Assembly (NCBI GenBank): GCA_041492755.1
Contig: JBGPXN010000045.1
Coordinates: forward strand, 1 to 31,049
Direction of reading: 5' to 3'
Source of the DNA: Candidatus Methylomirabilia bacterium
Lineage (GTDB): Bacteria; Methylomirabilota; Methylomirabilia; Rokubacteriales; CSP1-6
DNA length: 31,049 nt
Shown: in pieces, positions 25,468 through 31,049 of the stretch
Position numbering within the stretch: position 1 is the first letter of the stretch
Layout of the letters: every line of letters begins with the position of its first letter
Program-made: the position numbers and the translations under genes
Notes under the pieces: generated by a model
Databases searched by the model: none
What the model was told of the DNA's origin: nothing
The model's input: the letters and a program-made list of their open reading frames with translations, nothing else

Positions 25468-26922
25468 ATGCGACTAGCCTCCAAGATCTTCGTCACCTGT
25501 GCATCGGTCGTCGTCGTGCTGGTCGGCGTCGGCGCCTACAGCATCGAGTCGATGCGCCAGCTCATCGGCGTCAATCGCGACATCGCCACCCGTAACGTGC
25601 CCGCGCTCCGCCGGACCACCGATGTCCAGAGCGAGTTCGCCGCCCTCGACAAGATGGGGGACAAGTCGCTCGCGCTACAGGATCATGATCCGCGCTACGC
25701 CGGCGCCTGGGCCGAGCGGGCGGGCCAGCTCCGCCGGGAGCTCGGAGAACTGCGTGAGGTCGTGTCGTCTCGCGGTGAGCGCGACCAGCTTCAAGAAGCC
25801 ATCGCCGCGTTCGACCGGTACCGCGACGCCATCGGCCGTGCTCAAGACCTCGTCCGGCGCGGACAATGGGCGCTCGGCCAGCGGGCGGCGGCTTCCGATG
25901 CGCGGCCGCACGCCGATCGGGTGGACGAACTGCTCAACGGTCTCGCCAAGGCGATCGAGACGTCGGTCGCCGAGGCGCAGGCTGAAGCGGCCCGGCTGGA
26001 AGCGCGCACCTGGACGACCATTCTCGTCGCCGTCGGTGCCGCCCTCGTCCTCGCGCTGGGCGGCACCGCGCTCGTCGCCTTGCGCCTCACCCGTTCGCTG
26101 CGCGGCCTGTCCGCGGCCACGACCGCCCTGGCGGCGGGTGCCTTCCGCGAGCCGCTGCGGGTGGACGGACGCGACGAGGTCGCCGACCTCGCGCGCTCCT
26201 TCAACGCGATGGCGCTGCGGCTGCGGCAGCTCGACGAGCTGAAGGAATCCTTCCTGGCCACGGTATCGCACGAGCTGCGTTCGCCGCTCACGTCGATGCG
26301 CGAGGCCGCGCATCTGCTGCGCGACAACATTCCCGGGGAGCTGAACCCCAAGCAGGCGCGCCTGGTCGCGATCATCGGACAGAGCTCCGATCGGCTGCTC
26401 CGCCTCGTGAACCAGCTCCTCGACCTCTCGCGCCTCCGCGCCGGCATGCTGCCGATCGAGCGGCAGCCCGTCGATCTCGACCACGTTGTGGGCCGGGCCC
26501 TGGACGAGCTGCGGCCGCCGGCCGAGGAATCCGGCATCACCATCGAGCGCGAGCGGGTGGGCGCCCCCACCGCGTTCACGCTCATGGGCGACGAGGACCG
26601 TCTCGTCCAGGTCGTGGTCAACCTGGTCGCCAATGCGCTACGGTTCACGCCCCGCACCGGCCGCATCACCACGCGTCTGGTGGACGCGGGCGAGGAGGTG
26701 GAGCTGCAGGTGGAGGACACCGGCGTCGGCATCCCGGCCATCGCGCTGCCGCACGTCTTCGACTGGTATCGCCAGGCCGATCAAAGCAAGGGCGGCACCG
26801 GACTCGGGCTGGCCATCGTGCGCGGCATCGTCGAGGCGCACGGCGGGCGCGTCACCGTCGAGTCGTCGGAAGGCAAGGGCAGCCGTTTCACCGTGTTGCT
26901 GCCCCGGCGGAAAGCCTCTTGA
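25468..26922 (+). CDS. Membrane sensor histidine kinase with HAMP domain (GlrK/QseE-like)
   Basis: Two TM segments and a HAMP domain (DEVADLARSFN), H-box SHELRSPL, N-box NLVANA, G-boxes DTGVG and GTGLGL. Confidence 0.93.
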   Translation: MRLASKIFVTCASVVVVLVGVGAYSIESMRQLIGVNRDIATRNVPALRRTTDVQSEFAALDKMGDKSLALQDHDPRYAGAWAERAGQLRRELGELREVVSSRGERDQLQEAIAAFDRYRDAIGRAQDLVRRGQWALGQRAAASDARPHADRVDELLNGLAKAIETSVAEAQAEAARLEARTWTTILVAVGAALVLALGGTALVALRLTRSLRGLSAATTALAAGAFREPLRVDGRDEVADLARSFNAMALRLRQLDELKESFLATVSHELRSPLTSMREAAHLLRDNIPGELNPKQARLVAIIGQSSDRLLRLVNQLLDLSRLRAGMLPIERQPVDLDHVVGRALDELRPPAEESGITIERERVGAPTAFTLMGDEDRLVQVVVNLVANALRFTPRTGRITTRLVDAGEEVELQVEDTGVGIPAIALPHVFDWYRQADQSKGGTGLGLAIVRGIVEAHGGRVTVESSEGKGSRFTVLLPRRKAS

Positions 26923-27392
26923 CCCGCCTCGCGGTCGCTGCCATCATCCTTGCCTTCGCAGGATGCACCTCGTGGTCCGTCTTCGAACGTCCGTCGGGCA
27001 CGCTGCTGGTGAAGGCCGACCGGCTGCTCGATCAGGGCGAGTACGCTCGCGCCGTCGCGGCGTATGACGAGCTGCTCGTCCGGTATCCGGACGACGCCGC
27101 CGCGCCGCGCGCGCGCAGCAGCCGTGACGCCGTCGCCCGCCTCATCGCGGCCCGCGAGGAGGTGGAGCGCCTGCGCCAGGCGCTCTTGGCGCGGGAGCGC
27201 GACCTTCAGCAGGCGCTCTCGGCGCGCGAGCGCGACCTTCAGCAGGCGCGGGAGGCGCTGGCCGTGCGCGACGGCGAGGTGCAACGCAATCGACAGGAGC
27301 TGCAGCGCGTGACCGCGGAGTCCGAACGGTTGCGCGGCGACCTCGAGCGGCTCAAGCGGATCGACCTGGAGCTCGAGCGCCGCCGACGATGA
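26919..27392 (+). CDS. Lipoprotein with TPR/BamD-like helix pair and coiled coil (QseG/YfhG-like)
   Basis: Lipobox FAGC; EYARAVAAYDELLVRYPD; C-terminal LERLKRIDLEL coiled coil. Confidence 0.75.
   Translation: MTRLAVAAIILAFAGCTSWSVFERPSGTLLVKADRLLDQGEYARAVAAYDELLVRYPDDAAAPRARSSRDAVARLIAAREEVERLRQALLARERDLQQALSARERDLQQAREALAVRDGEVQRNRQELQRVTAESERLRGDLERLKRIDLELERRRR
27177..27248 (+). repeat. 33-bp in-frame tandem duplication (QALxARERDLQ x2)
   Basis: 27177-27209 and 27210-27242 match at 31/33, followed by a partial third start. Confidence 0.85.
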
Positions 27393-28888
27393 AGCGGAAG
27401 ATCCTCGTCGTCGACGACGACGGCGCCATCCTGGAGGTCCTCGAGATGCGACTGGCCGCGCTGGGCTTCGACGTCACCGCGACCCGCGATCCCGAGCGCG
27501 CGACGGACAGCGTCAGCGCCAGCCGCTTCGATTTGGCCCTGGTAGATTTACGCATGGAGCCGGTGGATGGTATCCGGCTCATGGAGGCGCTGCACGCCCG
27601 CCAGCCCCGCCTGCCCGTGCTGATCATGACCGCGCACGGGACGATCGAGACCGCGGTGGAGGCCGTGCAGCGCGGCGCCTTCGACTACCTCACCAAGCCG
27701 TTCGTGCGCGACGAGCTGCGCGCCAAGATCAACCGCGCGCTCGCCGCCCGCCGCTGGGCGCGGGATCGCGAGCGGCTGCGGTCGGTCGGTGAGACGCTCG
27801 CCTCGTCGGGCGTCATGGCGCGCATCCTCGAGGCGGTGGCGCAGGCGGCGGTGGAGGCGACGGAGGCCGAGCGCTCGGTCGTCTTCCAGCTCGTCGATGG
27901 CCGGCTGATCCCCATGGCGACCGCGGGCTCGCCGGCGCCCGAGTCGGCGACGCTGGAGGCGGCCGCGTCGCTCGCGATGGACAAGGGCACGCCGATCACG
28001 ACGGCCGGGCGCGACGGCAGCACCGTCATGGCGGCGCCGCTGGTGGCCGCGCGCGGGCCCGCCGGCGCGCTCGTCATCGAAGCGCCGGCGCGCGTCGAGA
28101 CCACCGACGACGACCTCGAGCTGCTGGCGCTCTTCTCCGCGCAGGCCGCCGTCGCCATCCGCAACACCCACGAGCTCGAGCGGCTGCGGAGCGGCGCGCT
28201 CGCCGCGCTCGGGCGCATGGCGACGCAGGTCGCCCACGAGTTGAAGAACCCGCTGGCCGGACTGCGGCTCTACGCGCGCCACCTGGAAGGCCGCATGGCC
28301 CGGGCCGAGGACAGCGAAGGCGAGGAGATCGCGGGCAAGATCACGAAGTTGGTCGATCACCTGGCCGCGGTGGTGACGGAGATCACCGCGTTCGGCCGGC
28401 CGCCGGAGCTGCACCGGGTGCCGGTGGCGCTGGCGCCGCTGCTCGACGAATGCCTGGCTCTCGCCCAGGCGCGGGCTCCGATGATCGACGTGACCATCGA
28501 ACGGCGCTACGACGCCGGCTGCCCCGAGCCGGTCCTCGACGCCCGTGAGCTGCGCAAGGCGTTCCTCAACCTGATGCTGAACGGGCTCGAGGCGCTCTCG
28601 CCCGGGGGCCGGCTCGTGGTGAGTACGAGCTACCTGGCCGACGCCGACAGCGTGCTCGTGGACGTCGAGGACACCGGCGCCGGCATGAACGAGGAGACGG
28701 TGTCGCGGATGTTCGACCTGTTCTTCACCACCAAGCCCGAGGGTACCGGGCTCGGGATGGCCATCATTCGCTCGGTGGTCGACCGCCACGGCGGCGCGTT
28801 GTCGGTCGAGAGCGCGCCCGGCAAGGGCACGCGCGCGCGCGTGCGCCTGCCCGTGGGCGCGCCGCCGGCCGGGGAGCCCGCGCCGTGA
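27389..28888 (+). CDS. Hybrid receiver-GAF-histidine kinase
   Basis: REC (VVDDD, DLRM, TAHG, TKP), a GAF-like segment, H-box AHELKNPL, N-box NLMLNG, FFTTKPEGTGLG. Confidence 0.9.
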   Translation: MKRKILVVDDDGAILEVLEMRLAALGFDVTATRDPERATDSVSASRFDLALVDLRMEPVDGIRLMEALHARQPRLPVLIMTAHGTIETAVEAVQRGAFDYLTKPFVRDELRAKINRALAARRWARDRERLRSVGETLASSGVMARILEAVAQAAVEATEAERSVVFQLVDGRLIPMATAGSPAPESATLEAAASLAMDKGTPITTAGRDGSTVMAAPLVAARGPAGALVIEAPARVETTDDDLELLALFSAQAAVAIRNTHELERLRSGALAALGRMATQVAHELKNPLAGLRLYARHLEGRMARAEDSEGEEIAGKITKLVDHLAAVVTEITAFGRPPELHRVPVALAPLLDECLALAQARAPMIDVTIERRYDAGCPEPVLDARELRKAFLNLMLNGLEALSPGGRLVVSTSYLADADSVLVDVEDTGAGMNEETVSRMFDLFFTTKPEGTGLGMAIIRSVVDRHGGALSVESAPGKGTRARVRLPVGAPPAGEPAP

Positions 28889-30273
28889 AGGCGACGGGGC
28901 GGACGGTGCTGGTGGTCGACGACGAGCCGAGCATCGTCGACGGGCTGCGCATCACGCTCGAGTCGGAAGGGTACGCCGTCCGTATCGCGGGCAGCGTGCA
29001 GACGGCGCGCTCGGTCATTGCCCAGTGCGAGGTCCACGCGGCCATCGTGGACCTGATGCTGCCCGACGGCGACGGCATCGCGCTCACTCGCGAGCTGCGC
29101 GAGCGCGACCGGCTGCTCGAGGTCATCGTGGTGACGGCCTATGGATCGGTGCGCAAGGCGATGGAGGCGACCAAGGGGGCGGGGGCCTTCTACGTCCTGG
29201 AGAAGCCCTTCGATCCGGACGAAGTGCTGGGCCTCGTCAAGACCGCGCTCGAGCATCGCAAGTTGCGCGCCGAGAACATCGACCTCAAGCGCCGCCTCGG
29301 GGAGCAGACCGCCGACGGCGAGATCCTGTGCGCCGCGCCGGCCATGCAGAAAGTGCTGCAGACCGTCGCCACCGTGGCCGACGCCGACGCCAACGTGCTC
29401 ATCGTCGGCGAGAGCGGCACCGGCAAGGAGCTCGTCGCCAACGCGTTGCACGAGCGCAGCCGCCGCCGCGATGGTCCCTGGATCAAGATCAATTGCGCGG
29501 CGCTGCCAAAAGACCTCATCGAGTCGGAGCTCTTCGGCCACGCGCGGGGCGCCTTCACCGGGGCCACCACCGAAAAGTCCGGGTTGCTGGAAGAGGCCCA
29601 TACCGGCTCGCTGCTGCTCGACGAGATCACCGAGATGCCGGTCGATTTGCAGGCGAAATTGCTACGGGTGCTCGAAGAGCGTTCGGTGCGGCGCCTGGGC
29701 GGGACCAAATCGGTGGCGGTGGACTTCCGGCTCATCTCGTCCACCAACCGCAACCCGGATGCCGCGGTGAAGGAGGGGCGCCTGCGGCAGGACCTGTACT
29801 TCCGCATCAACACCGTCAGTATCGTGGTGCCCCCGCTGCGCGAGCGGCGAGAGGACATCCCGGTGCTGGTGCGCGCCTTCCTCGATCGCTATACGGCCAA
29901 GCACGGGCGCGAGGTGGAGGGCATCGAGCCGGAGGCCTACCGGCGCATGCTCGCCCACGCCTGGCCGGGCAACGTCCGCGAGCTGCAGCATGCGATCGAG
30001 CGCGCGGTGCTCGTGTCCCGCAGCAAGGAGATCGGGCTCGAGGACCTCCCGGAGGCGCTCCAGCAGGCCCCGCGGGATGCCCTGGCCGGCCCCGCGGTTG
30101 CGCCCTCGGCGGTCCCGGCCGGATCGCTGGAGGAGATCGAGCGCGCCTCGATCCTCAAGGCGCTCGAGACGACGCGGTGGAACAAGCAGGCGGCGGCGGC
30201 GCTCCTGGGCCTGCGCCGGCCGACGCTCTACTCGAAGATGCGGAAGCACAACATCCCGCAGCGGCCCGCGTAG
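28885..30273 (+). CDS. Sigma54-dependent response regulator (NtrC family)
   Basis: REC plus GESGTGKE, GAFTGA, LDEI, WPGNVREL and a C-terminal Fis-type HTH. Confidence 0.94.
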   Translation: MKATGRTVLVVDDEPSIVDGLRITLESEGYAVRIAGSVQTARSVIAQCEVHAAIVDLMLPDGDGIALTRELRERDRLLEVIVVTAYGSVRKAMEATKGAGAFYVLEKPFDPDEVLGLVKTALEHRKLRAENIDLKRRLGEQTADGEILCAAPAMQKVLQTVATVADADANVLIVGESGTGKELVANALHERSRRRDGPWIKINCAALPKDLIESELFGHARGAFTGATTEKSGLLEEAHTGSLLLDEITEMPVDLQAKLLRVLEERSVRRLGGTKSVAVDFRLISSTNRNPDAAVKEGRLRQDLYFRINTVSIVVPPLRERREDIPVLVRAFLDRYTAKHGREVEGIEPEAYRRMLAHAWPGNVRELQHAIERAVLVSRSKEIGLEDLPEALQQAPRDALAGPAVAPSAVPAGSLEEIERASILKALETTRWNKQAAAALLGLRRPTLYSKMRKHNIPQRPA

Positions 30274-30309
30274 ACGACGTTCGAGCCCGCCCCGCCCCCT
30301 CGGTGCCTG

Positions 30310-30356
30310 CGCCCGCACGGTGAGCAGCGCCACGATATCTGCCTATTCAGTGAGCA
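30310..30356 (+). promoter_or_regulatory. Two tandem NtrC-type enhancer boxes
   Basis: CGCCCGCACGGTGAGCA (30310-30326) and TGCCTATTCAGTGAGCA (30340-30356), both fitting (T/C)GC-N11-GCA, 30 bp apart. Confidence 0.6.
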
Positions 30357-30385
30357 GCCAGACGGCGGCGCGGAGGCGCAAGTGA

Positions 30386-30802
<417 letters not shown>

Positions 30803-30841
30803 GAATATGAGCAAGCGCATGCCGGAATACCGCCGTGTCGC

Positions 30842-30987
30842 GGAGCGCCACGGCTTTGCCGGGGTGCTCCGAACGTTGGGGGAATCGGGGGCCAGGTCGG
30901 GGCCCCCGAGGAGATCAGAGGAGCGCCACGGCTTTGCCGGGGTGCTCCGAACGTTGGGGGGGTGGGGGGCCATCTCGGGGCCCCCCA
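30842..30987 (+). repeat. Two tandem copies (78-bp period) of a double-hairpin REP-like element
   Basis: Identical 41-mer ggagcgccacggctttgccggggtgctccgaacgttggggg at 30842 and 30920, each followed by a G/C hairpin. Confidence 0.9.
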
Positions 30988-31004
30988 CGCCAAAGGAGCC
31001 CGCC

Positions 31005-31049
31005 GTGAAGCGACTGAGCCTCGTACTCCTGGTGATGCTGGTTCTCGGG
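31005..31049 (+). CDS. Start of an exported or membrane protein, probably ammonium transporter AmtB (truncated by window end)
   Basis: AAGGAG RBS, GTG start, signal-peptide-like MKRLSLVLLVMLVL. Identity inferred only from its position after PII. Confidence 0.5.
   Translation, partial: MKRLSLVLLVMLVLG

Noticed and set aside
30842..30987. Possible CRISPR array
   Set aside because: Only two units, the intervening segments resemble each other and form hairpins rather than unique spacers, and no cas genes are in the window.

Overview
High-GC (roughly 70% by eye), gene-dense bacterial window. Gene content and repeat style suggest Candidatus Rokubacteria/Methylomirabilota, but this is an inference I cannot verify. 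In order it holds: (1) a catabolic neighbourhood with a 5'-truncated ThDP enzyme, an SDR, a LIV-type ABC importer, a DUF3604/PHP-like metallohydrolase and a TauE/SafE exporter; (2) a PD-(D/E)XK-like protein and a GGDEF plus REC-HD-GYP c-di-GMP pair; (3) a tusA-iscS-like-HAD operon whose 'cysteine desulfurase' has Asp in place of the PLP-binding Lys; (4) a coenzyme F420 cluster (LLM oxidoreductase, cofG, cofH, HU, GNAT-like, cofD, cofC, cofE, npdG/fno); (5) a Uma2 gene and about 1.8 kb of apparently internally deleted genes (TIR, PEGA/FGE-sulfatase and MFS fragments, plus an in-frame nucleotidyltransferase-HEPN fusion); (6) a QseE/QseG-like kinase and lipoprotein, a REC-GAF-kinase, a sigma54 activator, and a PII gene with a sigma54 promoter and two NtrC-type boxes, followed by a probable amtB start. 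Three different palindromic intergenic elements are present. No rRNA, tRNA, CRISPR array or transposase was seen. All calls come from motif reading; no searches were run.
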